From: Flectonema sp. DT1601
Taxonomy: Eukaryota
Length of the DNA stretch: 64,000 nt
NCBI GenBank assembly: GCA_964019425.1
Contig: OZ025784.1
Span: 1,488,001 to 1,552,000, forward strand
Direction: 5' to 3'
Position 1 is the stretch's first letter. Every line of letters begins with the position of its first letter. The position numbers and the translations under genes are program-made. The notes beneath the pieces were generated by a model. It was not told where the DNA came from, searched no databases, and saw nothing but the letters and a program-made list of their open reading frames with translations. This document shows positions 43,007 through 55,020 of this stretch, piece by piece.

Positions 43007-43508
43007 GTGTTTTTTTTTTTTTTTTTTTTTTTTCCGCATTGAAAAAGTGGCAGCGATGCCTACCTGTAACGCTTTTCTCAGCCCCCCTCTATGCACTTTT
43101 TCTAAATTTTGCACAACAGCCAGTTTAATGCAATGCTACCGATTGGTGAACTACTTTCGCCTATTATACAACAAGCTATTCCCATCTACAAGTCATTGTC
43201 ATCGCATAACTGAAGAAAAGGTACCCAATATGCTGAAAGTCTGGGTGTGCCATATTCCGTTTTGTGTTGACTTCTAAGAATGCACCTTCCCTTAATTAGT
43301 ACATCTCTTTAACATGGTTATCTTTATATTATAGTGGTTTTATTTATTCATTTTAGTTGTCTTCAGGGTGTTGTACATGGCACGTTGCTATATTACCAGA
43401 CTGGTGTTGTTTGTTGTTTGTTGGGGTTTCTTTTTATTTTTATAAACAACCTTCTGCAGTATAACAAAAAAAAAAAAAAAAAAAAAAACTAATCAAATAT
43501 ATCAAAAG

Positions 43509-46019
43509 ATGCGTTGCAGTACTATAGTACTGCTGGCGATGTTGTTTGCTGGAGTAGCAGAAGGTCAGACAGGGGTTTATGATCGAGACAGAAAGCAGGC
43601 TACTAAAGGAAGACAACATGGTATTGACGTCGGAATCAGAGCCGTTCACAATATTGGAAGAGGTGGAGCTGCAAGACCAGGTAAGAATGCTAAAGTGATG
43701 GACGTACTGGAGACACTTGAACAAGGTATGAACTCAGGGTTCTACAGAGCCCCTCACTACGTATGGGAAACAGTCGTCGATCCAAAGACTGACATTGATC
43801 CAGTCTTTACTAATGTTGGAGTTGACATTGGAGTTTCTATTCTAGCGTTGTTAGCAACTATTTCTGCTGCTGGTGCTGGTATCGGTGGTGGTGGTCTTTT
43901 GGTTCCAATCTACTTGTTGATTTTGAACTGGCACGTCTCACTTGCTGTTCCATTATCAAACGCTACTATCTTTGGTAATGCTATTGCTAATATTATGATT
44001 AACTTTCCACTTCGTCATCCAACTGCTGACAGGCCTTTGGTTGACTTTGATCTCGCTTTGATCTTAATTCCTATGGAATTGACAGGTTCTCTTGTTGGTG
44101 TGTTGTTAAATATTATCTTCCCGCAGTGGTTGACTCTAACTTGTCTGTTAGCTCTTCTCATCTTCACAACTTGGAGAACATACGGAAAGGGTAAAGCATC
44201 TTGGGACAAAGAAAACCACGAAAGGACTAAAGCAAACCGTCTCGAAAAAGCTCAACAAGCCTCACCAGGAGACTCAAAGAGCGTAAAGGTTGAGAATGAA
44301 GAAGGAGAAGTTCACTCTATGAAAGTCATCTACAAGGACGATGAAAGTAAGTCCGTTAGAGAAGTTATGGAAGTATTTCAGATTAAACAAGGAAACCATA
44401 TTAGATTTAGGGATCCTTATGGTGACGTTCTAAAGTATTTAACCTTCGAAACCGTTGATGATGACTGCACTTACTATATTAAAGTAACTGAGGGAATGCC
44501 AAACAAAGACTTAGTTGATTGGGGATTTAGAAAGTCATTCACAACACCTGACAAGGTTGGACCAACTAAGGATGACCACAATAAATTAATCGTTCTTGAA
44601 GTCGGAACTGCTACTCGTCCGATGAGCGGTGAAGAAATCCCATTCGCACACTGGAAGAATACTGAAGTACTCTCTTGGGTACAGAGAATTACTGATGACA
44701 GCGATGCATTCTGTTGGGAAGTAAACGAAAATATGATTTCTGGAGCTGACCTTTCTTTGATGTCGCAGGATTCTCAAATCGCACACAGTGAATTGGAGAG
44801 ATTAGGAGTCCTGTCTGAGGAAGATAGAAAACTGGTACTCGAACACTTAGATATTTTATCAAGCCAAGACTACATGCTTTTAGTTCACAGCAGTGCAGAA
44901 TTACCTTGGGGATCATGGAACAGGTCTGCTGAATGGGAAGATATTTTAGAACAGAAAGACGGAAGAGATCTTGATGGTTGGTTAGAGGACGATCCACTTC
45001 ACCCAAAGAATGAAACCTCGACTTATGTTGGATCTCAGTCTTATTGTAATATTGATTTATGGACTGCTGAAGATGTTAACAAGTGGATTTCAAAGATATC
45101 TGACTACAATCACAAACTTAAAGAAGCCGTTATCGCTAACGACATTACTGGAACTACTCTTCGTAAACTCACTGTTGAAGACTCAAAGCAACTTGCTATT
45201 CCTCAACTCGGACCAAGACTCGCTCTTCTTGAACGTATCAGAGAATTAGAAAAATTAAACGAAGAACACGAAGAAATTGTAGATTCAGAGAGACACATTC
45301 CATTCTCTACCAATTTACTTATTCTATTCGCGTCATGGTTAATGCTTTTAGTCCTTGCTGTACTAAGAGGAGGAGGTAAGAAGGGAGGTCAATCACCAGT
45401 TGCTCAATGGCAGGGAGTGTCTCAGGCAGACTTCTGCAACTCAACTATGTTCTGGGTCTTATGGTTTATTGGTGTTCCTGTATTGTTAATTGTTACGTAC
45501 CTGTCGGGTAATTATTTATTGAACAAACACAAGCAGAAGGTTAAGACTCACTTTGCCTTTCATGATGGTGACATCAAGTGGACAAAGGGAAGAGTAAGAA
45601 TCTATCCTCTTATTGTTGTTGCTGCTGGTGTTCTTGCAGGTCTTCTTGGAGTTGGAGGTGCTATGGTTACTGGACCACTTATGCTTGAGATGGCTATGAT
45701 TCCACGTGTTTCGACTGCAACGTCATCTTTTTTGATTATCTTTACTACAGGTGTTGCTGCTATTGCCTACATCTCTCTTGGACAACTTTCAATCGACTGG
45801 GCAATGTGGTTCGCAACGATCGGATTCGTTGGTGCTTTCATCGGATTAAAGATCGTTCAATTCTTAATTAAGAAATACAACAGACAATCGATGGTAATCT
45901 GGTCGTTGACTCTGGTTTTCATTCTTGCGGCATTCGCTACTGCCGCCGCAGGTATTTACAGATTCTACTCTGACTATGATGAGGGAAAACATCTTGGATT
46001 TTCAGGAATCTGTGACTAG
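43509..46019 (+). CDS. TauE/SafE (TSUP) family transporter with signal peptide and two inserted SAM domains
   Basis: Two TauE halves (AGIGGGGLLVP, HPTADRPLVDFD, AGLLGVGGAMVTGPLML). SAM motifs WKNTEVLSWV...ISGADL...LERLGV and WTAEDVNKWI...ITGTTL...LGPRLALL. Confidence 0.88.
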   Translation: MRCSTIVLLAMLFAGVAEGQTGVYDRDRKQATKGRQHGIDVGIRAVHNIGRGGAARPGKNAKVMDVLETLEQGMNSGFYRAPHYVWETVVDPKTDIDPVFTNVGVDIGVSILALLATISAAGAGIGGGGLLVPIYLLILNWHVSLAVPLSNATIFGNAIANIMINFPLRHPTADRPLVDFDLALILIPMELTGSLVGVLLNIIFPQWLTLTCLLALLIFTTWRTYGKGKASWDKENHERTKANRLEKAQQASPGDSKSVKVENEEGEVHSMKVIYKDDESKSVREVMEVFQIKQGNHIRFRDPYGDVLKYLTFETVDDDCTYYIKVTEGMPNKDLVDWGFRKSFTTPDKVGPTKDDHNKLIVLEVGTATRPMSGEEIPFAHWKNTEVLSWVQRITDDSDAFCWEVNENMISGADLSLMSQDSQIAHSELERLGVLSEEDRKLVLEHLDILSSQDYMLLVHSSAELPWGSWNRSAEWEDILEQKDGRDLDGWLEDDPLHPKNETSTYVGSQSYCNIDLWTAEDVNKWISKISDYNHKLKEAVIANDITGTTLRKLTVEDSKQLAIPQLGPRLALLERIRELEKLNEEHEEIVDSERHIPFSTNLLILFASWLMLLVLAVLRGGGKKGGQSPVAQWQGVSQADFCNSTMFWVLWFIGVPVLLIVTYLSGNYLLNKHKQKVKTHFAFHDGDIKWTKGRVRIYPLIVVAAGVLAGLLGVGGAMVTGPLMLEMAMIPRVSTATSSFLIIFTTGVAAIAYISLGQLSIDWAMWFATIGFVGAFIGLKIVQFLIKKYNRQSMVIWSLTLVFILAAFATAAAGIYRFYSDYDEGKHLGFSGICD

Positions 46020-47808
46020 ATATATTTAATTTGTTTTTGTTTTTTTTTCCATACTAAGTTTAAAAAAAAATTAAATAAATCCTCTCTACCCTTTAAAAAA
46101 AAAAAAAAGAAACTATGTACATTTTCCTCTATGTGAGGCTTAATTCCTTGTTATATTTTTAATTTTTTCGAAAAAAAAAAAAAAAAAAAGAAGATTTGAA
46201 ACCAGCCATGAGAGAGAGTGCGAAAGCAAGAAGAAAATTTATTGGACATTTTTTTAATTTCTCTTTTCCCAACCCCCCATTATTTTTTTTTGTGAAAAGG
46301 TCCGACGTGAAAAACGCTGATAGTACAGAGTTAGAGGACTTGTTTAGTTTGATTGAAAAAAAAAAAAAGAAAAGTTTTTTTTTTTTGGCCATCGGACAAC
46401 ACCATCTCTTAGAATGCTCTTCCTCATCAACGTATACAAAGGGACCACATCACGTCACCTTCATTTTTCATTCCCACCAATGAGTGTTTATCTTTTGCAT
46501 TGTTTATTCGCTGTTCAAATCATATCTGACCCCCTTTGACAATCGTTTGTTTTTTTTTCCCTCCCCCATCTTTTTTTCTTTTTCCACACTAATATAACGA
46601 GGGAATTTTGTTTTTTTTTTCAAAAAAAATTAAAAAAAAAAAAAAGTTTTTAGAACAACCGCGGGGAATAATAATTTAGGATAGAATAGTGGTTGGGTGA
46701 CAAGTAGTTGTATAAAATAAAATAATGGCGAACTATCGGCTGCAACGAATCACTTAGCTGAAGCTATTGGCTTCACGCACTGTTGTCGTACGCCGCTGCG
46801 GATCCTAGTGATAAAAAACATAGGATTGTGCGAGTGTGTCAACAACTGTGTTGCCTAGAGCCTACAGCTCAGCTATTGCTGTGACCAACCTACATTTCTT
46901 CTCTGTGATATTGTTGCGGCAAAATAAAAGAAGAGCATCCACCGTCTAATTCTTTGGAAGACTTCTTTTAACCATTTGGGTACTATTCTTTATCATATTT
47001 TTAATCATTGTTATTTATTTATTATTTTTTTCTTCTTTTTCAATTTAAAGATTTTTGCATGTTTTTTCTTCTTTTTTTTTTTTCCTTTTTATCCCCCTAT
47101 TCATTTTCTTATATGCAGTTCGTAGTGCAAGCACTTAGAGGACAAGGCACTTGTCATTGCAAAAAAAAAAAAAAGTTTGAGCGATTGATTGGTTGTTCAG
47201 CATGCTAATATACAGTTCGACCGTGAAATCCCTTCTTGCTTTGTATGTGGTTATTGTCTATTGGCAGTCAGTTTTTTTTTGCTTTGTTTTTTTTTTTGTC
47301 TGCCTTGAAAAATACTTATTTTAAAAAAAAAAAAAAAAGCAATGAAATAAAAAAAAAAGCAAGGATGCGAAACCTCTCACTCGAACTGACCGCCGGAGAT
47401 CGTTTGTTTTAATTCTTGTTTTCTCATGTGGGCATCAGCATCATCGGATAGCTAATTATTGATAGACGGATTGGGTCCTCTGTCGCTGTGAGTTCCCTCG
47501 TTAGAGTACTCATCCTAATTCTATACGGCAACGTTGGATGGCATTGATAGCTGGCCATTAGTAGATTGTTGCTGATTTCTTCCTTTTGAGAAGTTCTTCC
47601 CCGCCACTCCCTCCATGCAAATTTCACGTTGACTTACAAACCTCTGAAGTCGGTTATTGTTTATAAAAAAACACCCCCTTGTTCTACTTACAGGAGTATG
47701 TATCAAATAGAAGGGAAAAACATGTATAAAATAGTTTGGTTATCATGAGAAGTTGATTATCTTTTCGTTCAGGACTCTGTTCCCCCCCTTTTTTTTAAAA
47801 AAAAAAAA

Positions 47809-48696
47809 ATGAAAGTAGTCGTACCTCAAACGGTTGCTAACTTTGAAGTAAAGAAAAAAATTGGAGCAGGTGGATGTGGAGTTATATACTCCGGTGTCAA
47901 TAGGAAAACCGGAGACGAAGTCGCTCTGAAATTCGCTCCTTCAGGTGACGAGACGCTGCTGTCAGAAGCAGCAGTGTATCGCGAAATTAGAAATAATAAA
48001 GGACAAGAAAAAGGATTTCCAAAAATGCACTGGTATGGAAACTTTTCAGGATGTACAGTAATGGTTATGGACTTACTGGATAAGAGTTTAGCATCTGTTG
48101 TTAGAAAAACTGGAAATAAACTGGAGATACCTGAAGTTCTTCGCATCGGTAAGGCGATCCTCCACCAAATAAAAAACCTCCACAGCCTTAACATCATTCA
48201 CAGAGATTTGAAACCTGACAATATAATGTTTAATAAAAAAGGTGGCATTTGTTTAATTGATTTTGGTTTGAGTAAATCGATAATTGATCCTTTAACCAAC
48301 AGTCATATTGCACAGTCGGCGGAAGCTGCTTTTTCAGGATCTCCGGACTTCGCAAGTATAAATGCACACTCTACATGTGGACAGTCAAGAAGAGACGACA
48401 TAGAAGCTTTGGGATACATTTTACTATTCCTAGCGAGAGGTAAACTCCCATGGCAAGGTCTCGGAGGAGACAGCAACGAGCAAAAAGTCCGTCGAGTAGC
48501 CCACGTAAAACGTCAGGTAGACATAGATAAGCTCTGTGATTCAACACCTCTGGTCATTAAGAACATTATTCGACATGCAAGGTCTCTCGCATTTGATGAA
48601 GAACCTTCATACGATACGATATCTGGTTGGATTGATGACGAAGCGGAACGTCTTTGCAGACCTGCTAAGGCATCCATCACCACAGCAAGGCTTTAG
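47809..48696 (+). CDS. Casein kinase 1 family Ser/Thr kinase
   Basis: GAGGCG, VALK, HRDLKPDN, IDFGLSK, FASINAH, SRRDDIEALGY and LPWQGL. Confidence 0.93.
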   Translation: MKVVVPQTVANFEVKKKIGAGGCGVIYSGVNRKTGDEVALKFAPSGDETLLSEAAVYREIRNNKGQEKGFPKMHWYGNFSGCTVMVMDLLDKSLASVVRKTGNKLEIPEVLRIGKAILHQIKNLHSLNIIHRDLKPDNIMFNKKGGICLIDFGLSKSIIDPLTNSHIAQSAEAAFSGSPDFASINAHSTCGQSRRDDIEALGYILLFLARGKLPWQGLGGDSNEQKVRRVAHVKRQVDIDKLCDSTPLVIKNIIRHARSLAFDEEPSYDTISGWIDDEAERLCRPAKASITTARL

Positions 48697-51206
48697 AACT
48701 GTCTGGGTCGTTGCTTACTTCTCGACTGGTAATAAAGTTTATTAATTTAAAAAAAAAAAAAAACGTTCATTTCGTCCAAATCGATGTTTCCCACTCAGTC
48801 TGGGATAGAATATCGATTGACGTGTAATCTTCTGTTAATATTCTGCTTACCCAGAGTCCGTGGTTGCAGCAGCACTCAAGCACTACAACTATTTTGTTGT
48901 TTCTTTTGTCGCCAACAACTGACTTTTTTAACTGAATAATTGAAAAAAAAAAAAAAAAAAAAAAAAACGTACAATTCTCCTATCACCTTTACATATTATC
49001 TTTGTTTTGTTTCCCACTTTTCTTTTTTTTCCCTCGTTTCTTTTTAACTTTATTGTCAGTGCTCCACCAAAAGGCGCACTGTTTATTTTATATAGCTGTT
49101 GATTAGATGAAAAAAGGTCAAATTATCTTTGCATTGATTTTCAAAAAAAAAAAAAAAAAAAAACTAATATGCACAGCTCTCAGTTATTATAAATAAAAAT
49201 ATCTTTTCCCAATTCCCAGTTTGTCCATTGTACAGTACAGCAATTCGATCATTGTAGTGGTTGTTTTATTTATTTGGATGGCTGTAAAGCTGTTTCAAAG
49301 TAAATTGACTGGCTGAGGTATGTTCCTAAACAGAGAATGCAGTAATATGTAATGTCTCTGTGGTAACTTCCCATCCCTCTTGTAGTAGGGGTGTTCGGTT
49401 CCATTCATTTGAGTGTTCGTACGAGGACAGAAATTAACACCCCACCTATTCCCTCAAAAAAAAAAAAAAAAAACGTTATCGTACGTGGATACATATTGTC
49501 GCTGATGATTGTGTCTCGTTCTCTTCCTCTCACACTCTCGGTTCTCTTTATTAAACGTTGTAAAAACATTTAAAAGAAATTAAAAAAAAAAAACGTTTTT
49601 TTTACTTGCTGTAAGCAGTTGTTGATCTTCAACAAGTCATCCTTCAGCATGGAGAATGATGATGCAAAACAGCAAAAAAAAAAAAAAGAAATTTAATAAA
49701 AAGGACAACCTCTGTCTGTAGTTTTAAAACGGTATAAGACTTTCTAAGTTTGAGACGACAGGCTTTATTTTTTCTTTTTTTTTTTTGTACTCCGACATAG
49801 TCGTGAGAAGAAACTATTCAGATTGAAAGCCGTAATTTCCTGTAATTATATGATTTATTTTCCCCGTGAGACGGGATTCTGTCTTCAACGAAATATAAGG
49901 CTAATCTGAATGGTTTTTTTTTTTTTTTTTTTTTTTTTGTCCCAAAGAAAACGTATTTCTCCAGGTGTACTGACAGTTGTTATGTTGGTATGTGTGAAAC
50001 CTGGCTTTGAGAATAGCTTCTCACCCCTTGAAAATATTAAGGGGGGATCATACACGATAAAATTATTTTAGATAGCCTCGTTGGCATTTTATCTGCCCTG
50101 GTGATCTAGTGTCTCACTTCTTTGTGAAATAAATTCTTTCGAGATAATTGCTGTTAACAATGTTTACAGTAAGTTGACGACAACAACAATACCTCCTCTT
50201 TTGTGAATAGCAGTTTTTTTGTTTATATCTAACCTGATTGAGAGTATCAGTAAAATTAGTGAGGAACCCATAACAAAACAATGAAAGGCTCAGTTCCTCT
50301 TCTCCACTCTTACCTTTTTGTTATTATGGACCCTTACTTTAAATTTTATTGTTGCTGCTTCTGTTATCGAATACGATCGTTTGGCACTATGAAGGGCGAT
50401 ATGTCCTTGCTGTGCCTGATATTGCGAGTTTCTTATCTTTATTTTATTCTTTCTTCTTGTCAATTTCTGTAATCGTTGTGTGGGCTGTCATTAGCAGTCT
50501 GCAACAGTGAAGTTTTGACTTGTGGGGGGGGGCAAGACTTCGTCTCTCTGATTACGATGTCGTTGTTTTTATCTTAATTATTATCTGTTTTCTTATTTCC
50601 TTTTTTTTGTTGTTGGCAGGATAGCAGCGTGTTTTCATAGGGAGAAAAAAAAAGAAGAAAAAAAAACGGATTGTTAACTTTTTTTGTTACTGGCCCGATT
50701 TGTCTACCTGCTATGTGTGTATTTCTGTGAACCTCCTTCTTTGATTATTGTTTTCTTTTTTATTTGTTCTGAGGGTGTAAAAGGAAGAACAGTTTTGAAG
50801 CCTTTTCTGTTTTTTTGAATACTTGTTCGAAAATATATTTTTTATTTTTGTACTTATCTTTTTGGTTCCCTGAATGGGGAAACCTGCTTGTGCTCAAAAC
50901 TAATTCTTCCTTTTTTTGTTTTTGTTTTTCCGTTCTCTCTGACCTCATCAAACTTCTTAGCGTTTTAGGCAAGTTTTGTGTGGTTCTGTGTTTCTTGATC
51001 CTCTAGTCTAGTTTATGTTGTGTATTCCTCTAGTCTCCAACTTTTCCCTTTTCCCCTTTCAGAGTTCGAGATTGCTTGTCAAACTCACTTTGCACAAAAC
51101 GTTTTGTTTCGATAAGTCCTCTTCATGGACACCATTTCTGATGATTTTATAAGTTAATTTGCTCTCAAAATACTTTCATTCAAACAGCACACTCCCCTCA
51201 TCACAA

Positions 51207-53475
51207 ATGTCGAAGTTTATTAAGCAGGCTGGTCTCCCTTCCATGTTGAAGGAAGGAGCCAGTGTTCAGGACGATCCACTTTTAAAGAATATTCAAGCGT
51301 GTAAGGAGATGAGTCAGGTGACCAGATCATCATTCGGTCCATTCGGATTAAACAAGATGGTTATCAACCACTTGGGTAGACTTTTTGTTACTCACGACGC
51401 TGCAGTCATCCTCAGAGAGCTTGAGGTACAGCACCCAGCAGCAAACTTGCTTGTAATGGCATCAAAGGCAATGGAAGAAGAAGTTGGAGACGGTAGCAAC
51501 TTTACCTTGATGTTGGCTGGTGAACTTCTCTCTGAGGCTGAGAACTTGAGAAAGATGGGATTAAAACCTACCGAAATCATTAGAGGTTACAGCGTTGCCC
51601 TTCTTAAGGCCCAGGAAGTTCTTAAGGAAAACATCGTCGTCAAGGTTAAAGATCACCGTGACGAAAGTGAAGTGATCCCAGCCATCTCTTCATCAATCGC
51701 ATCAAAGCAGTACGGATACACTCAATTCCTTTCAAAGATGGTTGCTGAAGCTTGTATTAATGTTGCTCACAAGAACTCAAAGAACTTCAACGTTGACGGA
51801 GTTCGTATCTTGAAGGTGAGAGGAGCATCAATGCTTGACAGTCAGCACATTAGAGGATTCTGTATTCAGAGAGGAACTGAAGGAATGGTTAAGAAGGTTG
51901 AGGGTGCTAAGGTTGCAGTTTACAACTGTGGTATTGAAGCAGCATCAACAGAAACTAAGGGAACAGTGCTCATTGAAAACGCTGAAGAACTTCTCAACTT
52001 CTCCAAGTCAGAGGAAGAACGTCTTGACAAGGCCATCAGTGCCATCGCTGAGTCTGGTGTTAACGTTATTGTCTCAAACAGTAACTACGGTGAACTCGCT
52101 CTTCACTTCGTTGAGAAGCACGGTATGATGGCGGTTAAGGTATGGATATTTAATTATTACGTTATTCTGAAGGTAATTGTGGGAAGGGGACGCCTACCGG
52201 AATTAACTCCACGGTTGCTCTCCTCTTGTTTATGGAGATGGTTACCACCAGACCCCCGGAAGACTACGATCAGATTGAGAACAATCACCCCGCTGGGACC
52301 AAGGAACACTCACTCTTAGTGTATCCTATTTAGGAACTGTGGGGAAGAGTCTACGAACGAGCGAATAGTTATTTTGTCAATACCGGAATTAACTCCACGG
52401 TTGCTCTCCTTTTGTTTATGGAGATGGTTACCACCAGACCTCCGGAAGACTACGATCAGATTGAGAACAATCACCCCGCTGGGACCAAGGAACACTCACT
52501 CTTAGTGTATCCTATTTAGGAACTGTGGGGAAGAGTCTACGAACAAATAGTTATTTTATGGTTAAAACGACGACCGTACTATTTAAAGCCCTACAAATAC
52601 TAAAAGTATAAATGAATAAAACACAATAATAAAACAGGTTGCATCAAAGTTCGAGATGAAGAGACTTTGTGATGCCGTTGGAGCTCTTCAGATGGTCAGA
52701 TTAGAACCACCAACCAAGGAAGATATGGGGTATGTTGTTATTGTTTTGGTAATTTAATATTTGAAAACATTGTAGACATGTCAAAAACAACTAAATAAAC
52801 AGAGCCTGTGACCTGGTCAAAACCATTGAATTGGGAGAAACTACTATTCTTACCTTCCAACAAGAAAAAGACGACTCACGTCTTTCAACTATCATCTTGA
52901 GAGGCGCGACAGAACAGGCTCTTGACGACACTGAGCGTGCTATTGATGACGGTGTTAACACTTACAAGGCTCTCGGAAGAGATGGTTCGTTGGTTGCTGG
53001 TGCCGGAGCTGTTGACATGGTATGTTTTGTGTTGTATTTTATTATGGTAAGGATACATATGTTAATCTTGAGTTCAATCATTTACCAACAACTACTAAAA
53101 CAGGAAATCCAAAAAGAGTTGTTGAAGTACGCTGACGAAACCGCAGGAATTGACCAGTACAGTATTAGATCATTTGCTCATTCATTTGAAGTAGTTCCAA
53201 GAACCCTTTCAGAGGTTGCTGGACACATCGGTCACGAAGTTATTCCAAAGTTGGTAGCAGCTCACGAGTCTGGAGACAAGCTTGCTGGAGTTGAATTGGA
53301 AACTGGAAACTCCGTAACCACCGAAGTCAGAGACTGTTACCTCACTAAGTTCTGGGCTACTCACCTTGCTGTTGAGGCTGTTATCTCAGTTTTGAAAATC
53401 GATCAAATTATCATGTCGAAGCCTGCTGGTGGTCCAAAGCCAAGACAAGGTGGAGCCAGAGATGATGATGAGTAG
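51207..53475 (+). CDS. CCT8: T-complex protein 1 subunit theta, join(51207..52139,52638..52729,52803..53019,53104..53475), 537 aa
   Basis: GLPSMLKEG, NKMVINHLGRLFVTHDAA, EVGDGSN, ETKGTVLI, SKFEMKRLC, ERAIDDGVN and DQIIMSKPAGGPK. Three GTATG-AG introns give full chaperonin length. Confidence 0.95.
52195..52557. repeat. Near-identical tandem duplication (~185 bp x 2) inside CCT8 intron 1
   Basis: taccggaattaactccacgg...gaagagtctacgaac starts at 52195 and again at 52381. Confidence 0.92.
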
Positions 53476-54556
53476 ATATCTATCTCTGCTTTCTCATCGT
53501 CGGAAAGTTTTTCTGCAGCTACTGAGGAGTTGTACTCTTACAAAGTTGCTTTCATCACTATTCAGTTTATCTTTACTCCTCCCACGCCCCTTAGATTTTT
53601 AAGAAAAAGGAAGAACCTTCGCCTTACAATAAGGTTACCCACCATGACCAGTTCGACTTTGTTTTTCTTCTTCTGTCTTGTTCCAGCAGCTACTTATCAC
53701 GGCGTTCAACAATTGCGTGGAAGCCGTTCTGGTCTTTGCCTTTGCAGAAAAAAAGAATAAAAGTGGTGAGAATTAAGAGTCAGCCGAAGAAATTTTTTCA
53801 CAAAAACTGAACCGTTTCTTCATTAGTTCATTGTTTTTCTGTGAAAGTTTTTTTTTTTTTAATTTTTATTTTCTTTCACCCCTTCCTTCATTTCAGAAAG
53901 AACTAACTTTTTTTCTTTGAAAATTCTTTTTTTTTTTTTCATTCCCCCTTGCCAAAAAAAAACTAATAACGAATTCATTAGTAAACAGCATGCATAGTCA
54001 CATTTTCTTTTCATCAAGGCTAAGTTAGTGGGCGAGGTGTGAACCAACCTCGTGATTTCAAAAAAAAAAATAAAATAAAAAAAAATAAAGTTTCCCCCGT
54101 TTGATCCCTCGTTTCCTTCGTATTCTCCCCTTATTCCCCATACCTCAGGAATTTTAACTGGATTTATTGAACGAAGCCCCTTGCCCCAAAAAAAAAAAAA
54201 AAAAACTTAAAAATAGTAGTGTTACCAACCTTGGTAAGCAGCTGTTTTTTTTTTTTTTTTTTTTTTTTGTTGTTGCTGACTAGGAGGTAAGAGGTAAGGA
54301 ACTCTCGCTTTTGAGACATAAGGCAGAAAGCACAAAAAATATCTATAGCTATGCTGCTTAATATCTGGTTATGGGTCAGTCGTCCGAACGAAAAAAAAAA
54401 AAAAAAAAACTGAAGCTTGTCAAGGACAAGAGAAACAAGAAGAAGAAAAAAAAAAAAAAAAAAATGGAAATAATGATCATTTTTAACCTTGATTGTAGTG
54501 CTGCTATTATTTCACCTCGCGGCAACAATATACCAAGAGAGAGAGATGTATATTTT

Positions 54557-54738
54557 AACCCCCCCACAGCAGAGGTACGAGGTATATGGATTACTCTCGA
54601 AACCTAATAGTTACTTTAAAAGGCTAAGTTAAGCATCACCATAGTCACTGTATCCTTAACAGATGTTAAACCATCGCTATGTTACGCGATACAAAACAGT
54701 TGTATTTTACAAATTCAAACATTCAACCCCCCACAGCA
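54557..54738 (+). mobile_element. Dispersed repeat copy 2, flanked by a ~14-bp target-site-like duplication
   Basis: aacccccc(c)acagca at 54557-54571 and 54725-54738 brackets sequence homologous to 42865-43006. Confidence 0.7.
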
Positions 54739-54828
54739 AGCAATACAGAGAAAGAACTGGGACAACATTATGACATGAAATTTAACACCACACGATTATA
54801 AATTATTTTACAGTTCACTTTTTATAAA

Positions 54829-55020
54829 ATGGTAAAAAGAGTTACCTTCGCAGAAAGCAACTCAAAGACTCATCCCTGTCAGCAGTCTGAAAGGCACCAA
54901 AAATATTCTCCGAAACATTCATCTGATAGAACGTATTACGGAACAGCTGAAGCAAAGTATGCACAGATGGGTTGGAATATCAGTACCTGGGATGACGTCG
55001 TATCTTTAAAACAACAATAA
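54829..55020 (+). CDS. Candidate 63-aa microprotein
   Basis: ttattttacAG upstream and an aaaATG context like neighbouring genes; same strand as the cluster; N-terminal KRVTF. Confidence 0.4.
   Translation: MVKRVTFAESNSKTHPCQQSERHQKYSPKHSSDRTYYGTAEAKYAQMGWNISTWDDVVSLKQQ

Noticed and set aside
46020..51150. Many 60-100 aa ORFs rich in Phe/Lys runs (also elsewhere in intergenic DNA)
   Set aside because: Products of poly(T)/poly(A) tracts. The CK1 gene is the only credible CDS in this span.
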